Shown here: positions 11,605 to 26,600 of the stretch, piece after piece
How the letters are laid out: each line of letters begins with the position of its first letter
How positions within the stretch are numbered: position 1 is the first letter of the stretch
From: Eledone cirrhosa
Lineage: Eukaryota
Reading direction: 5' to 3'
DNA: 64,000 nt
Assembly (NCBI GenBank): GCA_964016885.1
Contig: OZ024753.1
Span: 21,886,001-21,950,000, forward strand
Notes under the pieces: model-generated
Database searches by the model: none
What the model saw: the letters and a program-made list of their open reading frames with translations, nothing else
Told to the model about the DNA's origin: nothing
Translations under genes and position numbers: made by a program

Positions 11605-14600
11605 TGGAAGGTTTAATGAATGTGCCCAGTGATGGAAGGTTTAACAAATGTAGCCAGTGATGGAAGGTTTAACAAATGTGGCCAGTGGTGGAAGGTTTAA
11701 CAAATGTGGCCAGTGATGGAAGGTTTAATGAATGGGGTCAGTGATGGAAGGTTTAACAACTGTGGCCAGTGATGGAAGGTTTAACAAATGTGGCCAGTGA
11801 TGGAAGTTTTAACAAATGTGGCCAGTGATGGAAGATTTAACAAATGTGGCCAGTGATGGAAGGTTTAATGAATGTGGCCAGTGGTGGAAGGTTTAACAAA
11901 TGTAGCCAGTGATGGAAGGTTTAACAAATGTGGCCAGTGGTGGAAGGTTTAACAAATGTGGCCAGTGATGGAAGGTTTAATGAATGGGGTCAGTGATGGA
12001 AGGTTTAACAAATGTGGCCAGTGATGGAAGGTTTAACAAATGTGGACAGTGATGGAAGGTTTAACAAATGTGGCCAGTGATGGAAGGTTTAACAAATGTG
12101 GCCAGTGATGGAAGTTTTAACAAATGTGGCCAGTGGTGGAAGGTTTAACAAATGTGGCCAGTGATGGAAGGTTTAATGAATGGGACCAGTGATGGAAGGT
12201 TTAACAAATGTGGCCAGTGATGGAAGTTTTAGCAAATGTGGCCAGTGATGGGAAGGTTTAACAAACGTGGCCAGTGATGGAAGGTGTAACAAATGTGGCC
12301 AGTGATGGAAGGTGTAACAAATGTGGCCAGTGATGGAAGGTTTAATGAAAGGGGTCAGTGATGGAAGGTTTAATAACTGTGGCCAGTGATGGAAGGTTTA
12401 ATGAATGGGGTCAGTGATGGAAGGTTTAACAAATGTGGCCAGTGATGGAAGGTTTAACAAATGTGGCCAGTGATGGAAGGTTTAACAAATGTGGCCAGTG
12501 ATGGAAGGTTTAACAAATGTGGCCAGTGATGGAAGGTTTAACAAATGTGGCCAGTGATGGAAGGTTTAACAGATGTGGCCAATGATGGAAGGTTAAATGA
12601 ATGGGACCAGTGATGGAAGGTTTAACAAATGTGGCCAGTGATGGAAGGTTTAACAAATGTGACCAGTGATGGAAAATTTAATGAATGGGCCAGTGATGGA
12701 AGGTTTAACAAACGTGGCCAGTGATGGAAGGTTTAACAAATGTGGCCAGTGATGGAAGGTTTAACAAATGTGGCCAGTGATGGAAGGTTTAACAAATGTG
12801 GCCAATGATGGAAGGTTTAAAAATGTGGCCAGTGATGGAAGGTTTAATGAATGTGGCCAATGATGGAAGGTTTAACAAATGTGGCCAGTGATGGAAGGTT
12901 TAAAAAATGTGACCAGTGATGGAAGGTTTAATGAATGTGGCCAGTGATGGAAGGTTTAACAAATGTGGCCAGTGATGGAAGGTTTAACAAATGTGGCCAG
13001 TGATGGAAGGTTTAACAACTGTGGCCAGTGATGGGAGGTTTAATGAATGTGGCCAGTGATAGAAGGTTTAACAAATGTGGCCAGTGGTGGAAGGTTTAAC
13101 AAATGTGGCCAGTGTTGGAAGGTTTAAGAAACGTAGCCAGTGATGGAAGGTTGAACTAATGTGGCCAGTGATGGAAGGTTTAACAAATGTGGCCAGTGAT
13201 GGAAGGTTTAACAAATGTGGCCAGTTATAGAAGGTTTAACAACTGTGGCCAGTTATGGAAGGTTTAACAACTGTGGCCAGTGATGGAAGGTTTAACAACT
13301 GTGGCCAGTGATGGAAGGTTTAACAACTGTGGCCAGTGATGGAAGGTTGAACTAATGTGGCCAGTGATGGAAGGTTTAACAACTGTGGCCAGTGATGGAA
13401 GGTTTAACAAATGTGGCCAGTTATGGAAGGTTTAACAACTGTGGCCAGTGATGGAAGGTTTAACAAATGTGGCCAGTGATGGAAGGTTTAATGAATGTGG
13501 CCAGTGATGGAAGGTTTAAAAAATGTGGCCAGTGGTGGAAGGTTTAACAACTGTGGCCAGTGATGTAAGGTTTAACAAATGTGGCCTGTGATGTAAGGTT
13601 TAACAACTGTGGCCAGTGATGGAAGGTTGAACTAATGTGGCCAGTGATGGAAGGTTTAACAACTGTGGCCAGTGATGGAAGGTTTAACAAATGTGGCCAG
13701 TTATGGAAGGTTTAACAAATGTGGCCAGTGATGGAAGGTTTAACAAATGTGGCCAGTGATGGAAGGTTTAACAACTGTGGCCAGTGATGTAAGGTTTAAC
13801 AAATGTGGCCTGTGATGTAAGGTTTAACAACTGTGGCCAGTGATGGAAGGTTTAACAAATGTGGCCTGTGATGTAAGGTTTAACAACTGTGGCCAGTGAT
13901 GGAAGGTTTAACAAATGTGGCCTGTGATGTAAGGTTTAACAACTGTGGCCAGTGATGGAAGGTTTAACAAATGTGGCCAGTTATGGAAGATTTAACAACT
14001 GTGGCCAGTTATGGAAGGTTTAATGAATGTGGCCAGTGATGGAAGATTTAACAAATGTGGCCAGTGATGGAAGGTTTAACAATTGTGGCCAGTTATGGAA
14101 GGTTTAACAAATGTGGCCAGTGATGGGAGGTTTAAAAAATGTGGCCAGTGATGGAAGGTTTAATGAATGTGGCCAGTGATGGAAGGTTTAACATATGTGG
14201 CCAGTGATGGAAGGTTTAATAACTGTGGCCAGTGATGGAAGGTTTAACAACTGTGGCCAGTGATGGAAGATTTAACAAATGTGGCCAGTGATGGAAGGTT
14301 TAATAACTGTGGCCAGTGATGGAAGATTTAACAAACGTGGCCAGTGATGGAAGATTTAAGAAATGTGGCCAGTGATGGAAGGTTTAACAAATGTGGCCAG
14401 TGGTGGAAGGTTTAACAAATGTGGCCAGTGATGGAAGGTTTAATGAATGGGGGCAATGATGGAAGGTTTAAAAACTGTGGCAAGTGATGGAAGGTTTAAT
14501 GAATGTGGCCAGTGATGGAAGGTTTAATAAATGTGGCCAGTGATGGAAGGTTTAACAAATGTGGCCTGTGGTGGAAGGTTTAATGAATGTGGCCAGTGAT

Positions 14601-17600
14601 GGAAGGTTTAATATCTGTGGCCAGTGATGGAAGGTTTAACAACTGTGGCCAGTGATGGAAGGTTTAAAAAATGTGGCCAGTGATGGAAGGTTTAATGAAT
14701 GTGGACAGTGATGGAAGGTTTAATGAATGTGGCCAGTGGTGGAAGGTGTAACAAATGTGGACAGTGATGGAAGGTTTAATGAATGGGGTCAGTGATGGAA
14801 GGTTTAAAAAATGAGGCTAGTGATGGAAGGTTTAACAAATGTGGCCAGCGATGGAAGGTTTAACAAATGTGGCCAGTGGTGGAAGGTTTAATGAATGTGG
14901 CCAGTGATGGAAGGTTTAACAAATGTGGCCAGTGATGGAAGGTTTAACAAATGTGGCCAGTTAAGGAAGGTTTAACAAATCTGGCCAGTGATGGAACTTT
15001 TAACAAATGTGGCCAGTGATGGAAGGTATAACAACTGTGGCTAGTGATGGAAGATTTAACAAATGTGGCCAGTGATGGAAGGTTTAACAAATGTGGCCAT
15101 TGATGGAAGGTTTAACAAATGTGGCCAGTTAAGGAAGGTTTAACAAATCTGGCCAGTGATGGAACTTTTAACAAATGTGGCCAGTGATGGAAGGTATAAC
15201 AACTGTGGCTAGTGATGGAAGATTTAACAAATGTGGCCAGTGATGGAAGGTTTAACAAATGTGGCCATTGATGGAAGGTTTAACAAATGTGGCCAGTTAA
15301 GGAAGGTTTAACAAATCTGGCCAGTGATGGAACTTTTAACAAATGTGGCCAGTGATGGAAGGTATAACAACTGTGGCTAGTGATGGAAGATTTAACAAAT
15401 GTGGCCAGTGATGGAAGGTTTAACAAATGTGGCCATTGATGGAAGGTTTAACAAATGTGGCCAGTTAAGGAAGGTTTAACAAATCTGGCCAGTGATGGAA
15501 CTTTTAACAAATGTGGCCAGTGATGGAAGGTATAACAACTGTGGCTAGTGATGGAAGATTTAACAAATGTGGCCAGTGATGGAAGGTTTAACAACTGTGG
15601 CCAGTGATGGAAGGTTTAACAAATGTGGCCAGTGATGGAAGGTTTAACAAATATGGACAGTGATGGAAGGTTTAACAAATGTGGCCAGTTATGGAAGGTT
15701 TAACAACTGTGGCCAGTGATGGAAGGTTTAACAACTGTGGCCAGTGATGGAAGATTTAACAAATGTGGCCAGTGATGGAAGGTTTAATAACTGTGGCCAG
15801 TGATGGAAGATTTAACAAATGTGGCCAGTGATGGAAGATTTAAGAAATGTGGCCAGTGATGGAAGGTTTTACAAATGTAGCCAGTGATGGAAGGTTTAAT
15901 GAATGTGGCCAGTGATGGGAGGTTTAAAAAATGTGGCCAGTGGTGGAAGGTTTAACAAATGTGGCCAGTGATGGAAGGTTTAATGAATAGCGGCAGTGAT
16001 GGAAGGTTTAACAAATGTGGCCAGCGATGGAAGGTTTAACAAATGTGGCCAGTGATGGAAGGTTTAACAACTGTGGCCAGTAATGGAAGGTTTAACAAAT
16101 GTGGCCAGTGACGGAAGGTTTAATGAATTTGGCCAGTGATGGAAGGTTTAATGAATGGGGCCAGTGATGGAAGGTTTAACAACTGTGGCCAGTGATGGAA
16201 GGTTTAATGAATGGGGCCAGTGATGGAAGGTTTAAAAACTGTGGCAAGTGATGGAAGGTTTAATGAATGTGGCCAGTGATGGAAGGTTTAATAAATGTGG
16301 CCAGTGATGGAAGGTTTAACAAATGTGGCCTGTGGTGGAAGGTTTAATGAATGTGGCCAGTGATGGAAGGTTTAATATCTGAGGCCAGTGATGGAAGGTT
16401 TAACAAATGTGGCCAGTGATGGAAGGTTTAATGAATGGGGTCAATGATGGAAGGTTTAAAAAATGAGGCTAGTGATGTAAGGTTTAACAAATGTGGCCAG
16501 TGATGGAAGGTTTAACAAATGTGGCCAGTGGTGGAAGGTTTAATGAATCTGGCCAGTGATGGAAGGTATAACAAGTGTGGCTAGTGATGGAAGATTTAAC
16601 AAATGTGGCCAGTGATGGAAGGTTTAACAAATGTGGTCAGTGACGGAAGGTTTAACAAATGTGGCCATTGATGGAAGGTTTAACAAATGTGGCCAGTGAA
16701 AGAAGGTTTAACAAATCTGGCCAGTGATGGAACTTTTAACAAATGCGGCCAGTGATGGAAGGTTTAATGAATGTGGCCAGTGATGGAAGGTTTAACAACT
16801 GTGGCCAGTGATGGAAGGTTTAACAAATGTGGCCAGTGATGGAAGGTTTAACAAATATGGCCAGTGATGGAACGTTTAAAAAATGTGACCAGTGATGGAA
16901 GGTTTAATGAATGTGGCCAGTGATAGAAGGTTTAACAAATGTGGCCAGTGATGGAAGGTTTAACAAATGTGGCCAGTGATGGAAGGTTTAACAACTGTGG
17001 CCAGTGATGGGAGGTTTAATGAATGTGGCCAGTGATAGAAGGTTTAACAAATGTGGCCAGTGGTGGAAGGTTTAACAAATGTGGCCAGTGATGGAACATA
17101 TGATGAATGTGGCCAGTGATGGACGGTTTAACAAATGTGGCCAGTGATGGAAGGTTTAACAAATGTGGCCAGTTATGGAAGGTTTAACAACTGTGGCCAG
17201 TGATGGTAGGTTTAACAACTGTGGCCAGTGATGGAAGGATTAACAAATGTGGCCAGTGATGGAAGGTTTAACAACTGTGGCCAGTGATGGAATGTTTAAC
17301 AAATGTGGCCAGTGATGGAAGGTTTAACAACTGTGGCCAGTGATGGAAGGTTTAACAACTGTGGCCAGTGATGGAAGGTTGAACTAATGTGGCCAGTGAT
17401 GGAAGGTTTAACAAATGTGGCCAGTGATGGAAGGTTTAACAAATGTGGCCAGTGATGGAAGGTTTAATGAATGTGGCCAGTGATGGAAGGTTTAATAACT
17501 GTGGCCAGTGATGGAAGGTTTAACAAATGTGGCCAGTTATGGAAGGTTTAACAAATGTGGCCAGTGATGGAAGGTTTAACAAATGTGGCCAGTGATGGAA

Positions 17601-20600
17601 GGTTTAATGAATGTGGCCAGTGATGGAAGGTTTAACAAATGTGGCCAGTGATGGAAGGTTTAACAACTGTGGCCAGTGATGGAAGGTTTAACAACTGTGG
17701 CCAGTGATGGAAGGTTTAACAAATGTGGCCAGTTATGGAAGATTTAACAACTGTGGCCAGTTATGGAAGGTTTAATGAATGTGGCCAGTGATGGAAGATT
17801 TAACAAATGTGGCCAGTGATGGAAGGTTTAACAATTGTGGCCAGTTATGGAAGGTTTAACAAATGTGGCCAGTGATGGGAGGTTTAAAAAATGTGGCCAG
17901 TGATGGAAGGTTTAATGAATGTGGCCAGTGATGGAAGGTTTAACATATGTGGCCAGTGATGGAAGGTTTAATAACTGTGGCCAGTGATGGAAGGTTTAAC
18001 AACTGTGGCCAGTGATGGAAGATTTAACAAATGTGGCCAGTGATGGAAGGTTTAATAACTGTGGCCAGTGATGGAAGATTTAACAAATGTGGCCAGTGAT
18101 GGAAGATTTAAGAAATGTGGCCAGTGATGGAAGGTTTTACAAATGTGGCCAGTGATGGAAGGTTTAACAAATGTAGCCAGTGATGGAAGGTTTAATGAAT
18201 GTGGCCAGTGATGGAAGGTTTAACAAATGTGGCCAGTGGTGGAAGGTTTAACAAATGTGGCCAGTGATGGAAGGTTTAATGAATGGGGGCAGTGATGGAA
18301 GGTTTAACAAATGTGGCCAGTGATGGAAGGTTTAACAAATGTGGCCAGCGATGGAAGGTTTAACAAATGTGGCCAGTGATGGAAGGTTTAACAACTGTGT
18401 CCAGTAATGGAAGGTTTAACAAATGTGGCCAGTGATGGAAGGTTTAATGAATGGGGCCAGTGATGGAAGGTTTAAAAACTGTGGCAAGTGATGGAAGGTT
18501 TAATGAATGTGGCCAGTGATGGAAGGTTTAATAAATGTGGCCAGTGATGGAAGGTTTAACAAATGTGGCCTGTGGTGGAAGGTTTAATGAATGTGGCCAG
18601 TGATGGAAGGTTTAATATCTGTGGCCAGTGATGGAAGGTTTAACAACTGTGGCCAGTGATGGAAGGTTTAACAAATGTGGCCAGTGGTGGAAGGTGTAAC
18701 AAATGTGGACAGTGATGGAAGGTTTAATGAATGGGGTCAGTGATGGAAGGTTTAAAAAATGTGGCTAGTGAAGGAAGGTTTAACAAATGTGGCCAGTGAT
18801 GGAAGGTTTAACAAATGTGGCCAGTGGTGGAAGGTTTAATGAATGTGGCCAGTGATGGAAGGTTTAACAAATGTGGCCAGTGATGGAAGGTTTAACAAAT
18901 GTGGCCAGTGATGGAAGGTTTAACAAATGTGGCCAGTGATGGAACTTTTAACAAATGTGGCCAGTGATGGAAGGTTTAACAAATGTGGCCAGTGGTGGAA
19001 GGTTTAATGAATGTGGCCAGTGATGGAAGGTTTAACAAATGTGGCCAGTTATGGAAGGTTTAACAAATGTGGCCAGTGATGGAAGGTATAACAACTGTGG
19101 CCAGTGATGGAAGATTTAACAAATGTGGCCAGTGGTGGAAGGTTTAACAAATGTGGTCAGTGACGGAGGGTTTAACAAATGTGGCCATTGATGGAAGGTT
19201 TAACAAATGTGGCCAGTGAAGGAAGGTTTAACAAATCTGGCCAGTGATGGAACTTTTAACAAATGTGGCCAGTGATGGAAGGTTTAATGAATGTGGCCAG
19301 TGATGGAAGGTTTAACAAATGTGGCCAGTGAAGGAAGGTTTAACAAATCTGGCCAGTGATGGAACTTTTAACAAATGTGGCCAGTGATGGAAGGTTTAAT
19401 GAATGTGGCCAGTGATGGAAGGTTTAACAACTGTGGCCAGTGATGGAAGGTTTAACAAATGTGGCCAGTGATGGAAGGTTTAACAAATATGGCCAGTGAT
19501 GGAAGGTTTAACAAATGTGGCCAGTGATGGAAGGTTTAATTAATGGGCCAGTGATGGAAAGTTTAACAAATGTGGCCAGTGATGGAAGGTTTAACAAATG
19601 TGGCCAGTGATGGAAGGTTTAACAAATGTGGCCAGTGAAGTAAGGTTTAATGAATGTGGCCAGTGATGCAAGGTTTAACAAATGTGGCCAGTGATGGAAG
19701 GTTGAATGAATGTGGCCAGTGATGGAAGGTTTAACAAATGTGGCCAGTGATGGAAGGTTTAATGAATGGGGTCAGTGATGGAAGGTTTAATGAATGTGGC
19801 CAGTGATGGAAGGTTTAATGAATGGGGTCAGTGATGGAAGGTTTAACAAATGTGGCCAGTGATGGAAGGTTTAACAAATGTGGCCAGTGATGGAAGATTT
19901 AAGAAATGTGGCCAGTGATGGAAGGTTTTACAAATGTGGCCAGTGATGGAAGGTTTAACAAATGTAGCCAGTGATGGAAGGTTTAATGAATGTGGCCAGT
20001 GATGGAAGGTTTAACAAATGTGGCCAGTGGTGGAAGGTTTAACAAATGTGGCCAGTGATGGAAGGTTTAATGAATGGGGGCAGTGATGGAAGGTTTAACA
20101 AATGTGGCCAGTGATGGAAGGTTTAACAAATGTGGCCAGCGATGGAAGGTTTAACAAATGTGGCCAGTGATGGAAGGTTTAACAACTGTGTCCAGTAATG
20201 GAAGGTTTAACAAATGTGGCCAGTGATGGAAGGTTTAATGAACTTTGCCAGTGATGGAAGGTTTAATGAATGGGGCCAGTGATGGAAGGTTTAAAAACTG
20301 TGGCAAGTGATGGAAGGTTTAATGAATGTGGCCAGTGATGGAAGGTTTAATAAATGTGGCCAGTGATGGAAGGTTTAACAAATGTGGCCTGTGGTGGAAG
20401 GTTTAATGAATGTGGCCAGTGATGGAAGGTTTAATATCTGTGGCCAGTGATGGAAGGTTTAACAACTGTGGCCAGTGATGGAAGGTTTAACAAATGTGGC
20501 CAGTGGTGGAAGGTGAAACAAATGTGGACAGTGATGGAAGGTTTAATGAATGGGGTCAGTGATGGAAGGTTTAAAAAATGTGGCTAGTGAAGGAAGGTTT

Positions 20601-23600
20601 AACAAATGTGGCCAGTGATGGAAGGTTTAACAAATGTGGCCAGTGGTGGAAGGTTTAATGAATGTGGCCAGTGATGGAAGGTGTAACAAATGTGGCCAGT
20701 TATGGAAGGTTTAACAAATGTGGCCAGTGATGGAAGGTATAACAACTGTGGCCAGTGATGGAAGATTTAACAAATGTGGCCAGTGGTGAAAGGTTTAACA
20801 AATGTGGTCAGTGACGGAGGGTTTAACAAATGTGGCCATTGATGGAAGGTTTATCAAATGTGGCCAGTGAAGGAAGGTTTAACAAATCTGGCCAGTGATG
20901 GAACTTTTAACAAATGTGGCCAGTGATGGAAGGTTTAATGAATGTGGCCAGTGATGGAAGGTTTAACAACTGTGGCCAGTGATGGAAGGTTTAACAAATG
21001 TGGCCAGTGATGGAAGGTTTAACAAATATGGCCAGTGATGGAAGGTTTAACAAATGTGGCCAGTGATGGAAGGTTTAACAAATGTGGCCAGTGATGGAAG
21101 GTTTAACAAATGTGGCCAGTGATGGAAGGTTTAATGAATGTGGCCAGTGATGGAAGGTTTAACAAATGTGGCCAGTGGTGGAAGATTTAACAAATGTGGC
21201 CAGTGATGGAAGGTTTAATGAATGGGGTCAGTGATGGAAGGTTTAACAAATGTGGCCAGTGATGGAAGGTTTAACAAATGTGGCCAGTGATGGAAGGTTT
21301 AACAAATGTGGAGAGTGATGGAAGGTTTCATGAATGGGGTCAGTGATGGAAGGTTTAACAAATGTGGCCAGTGATGGAAGGTTTAACAAATGTGGTCAGT
21401 GATGGAAGGTTTAATAAATGTGGCCAGTGATGGAAGGTTCAACAAATGTGGCCAGTTGATGGAAGGTTTAACAAATGTGGCCAGTGATGGAAGTTTTAAT
21501 GAATGTGGCCAGTGATTGAAGGTTTAATGAATGGGGTCAGTGATGGAAGGTTTAACAAATGTGGCCAGTGATGGAAGGTTTAACAAATGTGGCCAGTGAT
21601 GGAAGGTTTAACAAATGTGGAGAGTGATGGAAGGTTTCATGAATGGGGTCAGTGATGGAAGGTTTAACAAATGTGGCCAGTGATGGAAGGTTTAACAAAT
21701 GTGGCCAGTGATGGAAGGTTTAATGAATGTGCCCAGTGATTGAAGGTTTCATGAATGTGGCCAGTGATGGAAAGTTTAACACATGTGGCCAGTGATGGAA
21801 GGTTTAACAAATGTGGCCAGTGATGGAAGGTTTAACAAATGTGGCCAGTGATGGAAGATTTAACAAATGTGATCAGTGATGGAAGGTTTAACAAATGTGG
21901 CCAGTGATGGAAGGTTTAACAAATGTGGCCTGTGATGGAAGGTTTAATGAATGTGGCCAGTGATGGAAGGTTCAACAAATGTGGCCAGTTGATGGAAGGT
22001 TTAACAAATGTGGCCAGTGATGGAAGGTTTAATGAATGTGGCCAGTGATTGAAGGTTTAATGAATGGGGTCAGTGATGGAAGGTTTAACAAATGTGGCCA
22101 GTGATGGAAGGTTTAACAAATGTGGCCAGTGATGGAAGGTTTAACAAATGTGGAGAGTGATGGAAGGTTTCATGAATGGGGTCAGTGATGGAAGGTTTAA
22201 TGAATGTGGCCAGTGATGGAAGGTTTAACAAATGTGGCCAGTGGTGGAAGGTTTAATGAATCTGGCCAGTGATGGAAGGTTTAACAAATGTGGCTAGTGA
22301 TGGAAGATTTAACAAATGTGGCCAGTGATGGAAGGTTTAACAAATGTGGTCAGTGACGGAAGGTTTAACAAATGTGGCCATTGATGGAAGGTTTAACAAA
22401 TGTGGCCAGTGAAAGAAGGTTTAACAAATCTGGCCAGTGATGGAACTTTTAACAAATGTGGCCAGTGATGGAAGGTTTAATGAATGTGGCCAGTGATGGA
22501 AGGTTTAACAAATGTGGCCAGTGATGGAAGGTTTAACAAATATGGCCAGTGATGGAACGTTTAAAAAATGTGACCAGTGATGGAAGGTTTAATGAATGTG
22601 GCCAGTGATAGAAGGTTTAACAAATGTGGCCAGTGATGGAAGGTTTAACAAATGTGGCCAGTGATGGAAGGTTTAACAACTGTGGCCAGTGATGGGAGGT
22701 TTAATGAATGTGGCCAGTGATAGAAGGTTTAACAAATGTGGCCAGTGGTGGAAGGTTTAACAAATGTGGCCAGTGATGGAAGGTTTAACAAATGTGGCCA
22801 GTGATGGAAGGTTTAACAACTGTGGCCAGTGTTGGAAGGTTTAAGAAACGTAGCCAGTGATGGAACATATGATGAATGTGGCCAGTGATGGACGGTTTAA
22901 CAAATGGGGTCAGTGATGGGAGGTTTAATGAATGTGGCCAGTGATGGAAGGTTTAATGAATGTGGCCAGTGATGGAAGGTTTAACAAATGTGGCCAGTTA
23001 TGGAAGGTTTAACAACTGTGGCCAGTGATGGTAGGTTTAACAAATGTGGCCAGTGATGGAAGGTTTAACAAATGTGGCCAGTGATGGAAGGTTTAACAAA
23101 TGTGGCCAGTGATGGAAGGTTTAACAACTGTGGCCAGTGATGGGAGGTTTAATGAATGTGGCCAGTGATGGAAGGTTTAATGAATGTGGCCAGTGATGGA
23201 AGGTTTAACAAATGTGGCCAGTGATGGAAGGTTTAACAAATGTGGCCAGTGATGGAAGGTTTAACAACTGTGGCCAGTGATGGGAGGTTTAATGAATGTG
23301 GCCAGTGATGGAAGGTTTAATGAATGTGGCCAGTGATGGAAGGTTTAACAAATGTGGCCAGTTATGGAAGGTTTAACAACTGTGGCCAGTGATGGTAGGT
23401 TTAACAACTGTGGCCATTGATGGAAGGATTAACAAATGTGGCCAGTGATGGAAGGTTTAACAACTGTGGCCAGTGATGGAATGTTTAACAAATGTGGCCA
23501 GTGATGGAAGGTTTAACAACTGTGGCCAGTGATGGAAGGTTTAACAACTGTGGCCAGTGATGGAAGGTTGAACTAATGTGGCCAGTGATGGAAGGTTTAA

Positions 23601-26600
23601 CAACTGTGGCCAGTGATGGAAGGTTTAACAAATGTGGCCAGTTATGGAAGGTTTAACAAATGTGGCCAGTGTTGGAAGGTTTAACAAATGTGGCCAGTGA
23701 TGGAAGGTTTAATGAATGTGGCCAGTGATGGAAGGTTTAACAAATGTGGCCAGTGGTGGAAGGTTTAACAACTGTGGCCAGTGATGGAAGGTTTAACAAC
23801 TGTGGCCAGTGATGGAAGGTTTAACAAATGTGGCCAGTTATGGAAGATTTAACAACTGTGGCCAGTTATGGAAGGTTTAATGAATGTGGCCAGTGATGGA
23901 AGATTTAACAAATGTGGCCAGTGATGGAAGGTTTAACAATTGTGGCCAGTTATGGAAGGTTTAACAAATGTGGCCAGTGATGGGAGGTTTAAAAAATGTG
24001 GCCAGTGATGGAAGGTTTAATGAATGTGGCCAGTGATGGAAGGTTTAACATATGTGGCCAGTGATGGAAGGTTTAATAACTGTGGCCAGTGATGGAAGGT
24101 TTAACAACTGTGGCCAGTGATGGAAGATTTAACAAATGTGGCCAGTGATGGAAGGTTTAATAACTGTGGCCAGTGATGGAAGATTTAACAAATGTGGCCA
24201 GTGATGGAAGATTTAAGAAATGTGGCCAGTGATGGAAGGTTTTACAAATGTGGCCAGTGATGGATGGTTTAACAAATGTAGCCAGTGATGGAAGGTTTAA
24301 TGAATGTGGCCAGTGATGGAAGGTTTAACAAATGTGGCCAGTGGTGGAAGGTTTAACAAATGTGGCCAGTGATGGAAGGTTTAATGAATGGGGGCAGTGA
24401 TGGAAGGTTTAACAAATGTGGCCAGTGATGGAAGGTTTAACAAATGTGGCCAGCGATGGAAGGTTTAACAAATGTGGCCAGTGATGGAAGGTTTAACAAC
24501 TGTGTCCAGTAATGGAAGGTTTAACAAATGTGGCCAGTGATGGAAGGTTTAATGAACTTTGCCAGTGATGGAAGGTTTAATGAATGGGGCCAGTGATGGA
24601 AGGTTTAAAAACTGTGGCAAGTGATGGAAGGTTTAATGAATGTGGCCAGTGATGGAAGGTTTAATAAATGTGGCCAGTGATGGAAGGTTTAACAAATGTG
24701 GCCTGTGGTGGAAGGTTTAATGAATGTGGCCAGTGATGGAAGGTTTAATATCTGTGGCCAGTGATGGAAGGTTTAACAACTGTGGCCAGTGATGGAAGGT
24801 TTAACAAATGTGGCCAGTGGTGGAAGGTGTAACAAATGTGGACAGTGATGGAAGGTTTAATGAATGGGGTCAGTGATGGAAGGTTTAAAAAATGTGGCTA
24901 GTGAAGGAAGGTTTAACAAATGTGGCCAGTGATGGAAGGTTTAACAAATGTGGCCAGTGGTGGAAGGTTTAATGAATGTGGCCAGTGATGGAAGGTGTAA
25001 CAAATGTGGCCAGTTATGGAAGGTTTAACAAATGTGGCCAGTGATGGAAGGTATAACAACTGTGGCCAGTGATGGAAGATTTAACAAATGTGGCCAGTGG
25101 TGGAAGGTTTAACAAATGTGGTCAGTGACGGAGGGTTTAACAAATGTGGCCATTGATGGAAGGTTTATCAAATGTGGCCAGTGAAGGAAGGTTTAACAAA
25201 TCTGGCCAGTGATGGAACTTTTAACAAATGTGGCCAGTGATGGAAGGTTTAATGAATGTGGCCAGTGATGGAAGGTTTAACAACTGTGGCCAGTGATGGA
25301 AGGTTTAACAAATGTGGCCAGTGATGGAAGGTTTAACAAATATGGCCAGTGATGGAAGGTTTAACAAATGTGGCCAGTGATGGAAGGTTTAACAAATGTG
25401 GCCAGTGATGGAAGGTTTAACAAATGTGGCCAGTGATGGAAGGTTTAATGAATGTGGCCAGTGATGGAAGGTTTAACAAATGTGGCCAGTGGTGGAAGAT
25501 TTAACAAATGTGGCCAGTGATGGAAGGTTTAATGAATGGGGTCAGTGATGGAAGGTTTAACAAATGTGGCCAGTGATGGAAGGTTTAACAAATGTGGCCA
25601 GTGATGGAAGGTTTAACAAATGTGGAGAGTGATGGAAGGTTTCATGAATGGGGTCAGTGATGGAAGGTTTAACAAATGTGGCCAGTGATGGAAGGTTTAA
25701 CAAATGTGGTCAGTGATGGAAGGTTTAATAAATGTGGCCAGTGATGGAAGGTTCAACAAATGTGGCCAGTTGATGGAAGGTTTAACAAATGTGGCCAGTG
25801 ATGGAAGGTTTAATGAATGTGGCCAGTGATTGAAGGTTTAATGAATGGGGTCAGTGATGGAAGGTTTAACAAATGTGGCCAGTGATGGAAGGTTTAACAA
25901 ATGTGGCCAGTGATGGAAGGTTTAACAAATGTGGAGAGTGATGGAAGGTTTCATGAATGGGGTCAGTGATGGAAGGTTTAACAAATGTGGCCAGTGATGG
26001 AAGGTTTAACAAATGTGGCCAGTGATGGAAGGTTTAATGAATGTGGCCAGTGATTGAAGGTTTCATGAATGTGGCCAGTGCTGGAAAGTTTAACACATGT
26101 GGCCAGTGATGGAAGGTTTAACAAATGTGGCCAGTGATGGAAGGTTTAACAAATGTGGCCAGTGATGGAAGATTTAACAAATGTGATCAGTGATGGAAGG
26201 TTTAACAAATGTGGCCAGTGATGGAAGGTTTAACAAATGTGGCCTGTGATGGAAGGTTTAATGAATGTGGCCAGTGATGGAAGGTTTAACAACCGTACCC
26301 AGTGGTGGAACATATGATGAATGTGACCAGTGATGGAAGGTTTAATGAATGTGGCCAGTGATGGAAGGTTTAACATATGTGGCCAGTGATGGAAGGTTTA
26401 ATGTATGTGGCCAGTGATGGAAGGTTTAACAAATGTGGCCAGTGATGGAAGGTTTAATGAATGTGGCCAGTGATGGAAGGTTTAACAAATGTGGCCAGTG
26501 ATGGAAGGTTTAACAAATGTGGCCAGTGATGGAAGATTTAACAAATGTGGCCAGTGATGGAAGGTTTAACAAATGTGGCCAGTGATGGAAGGTTTAATAA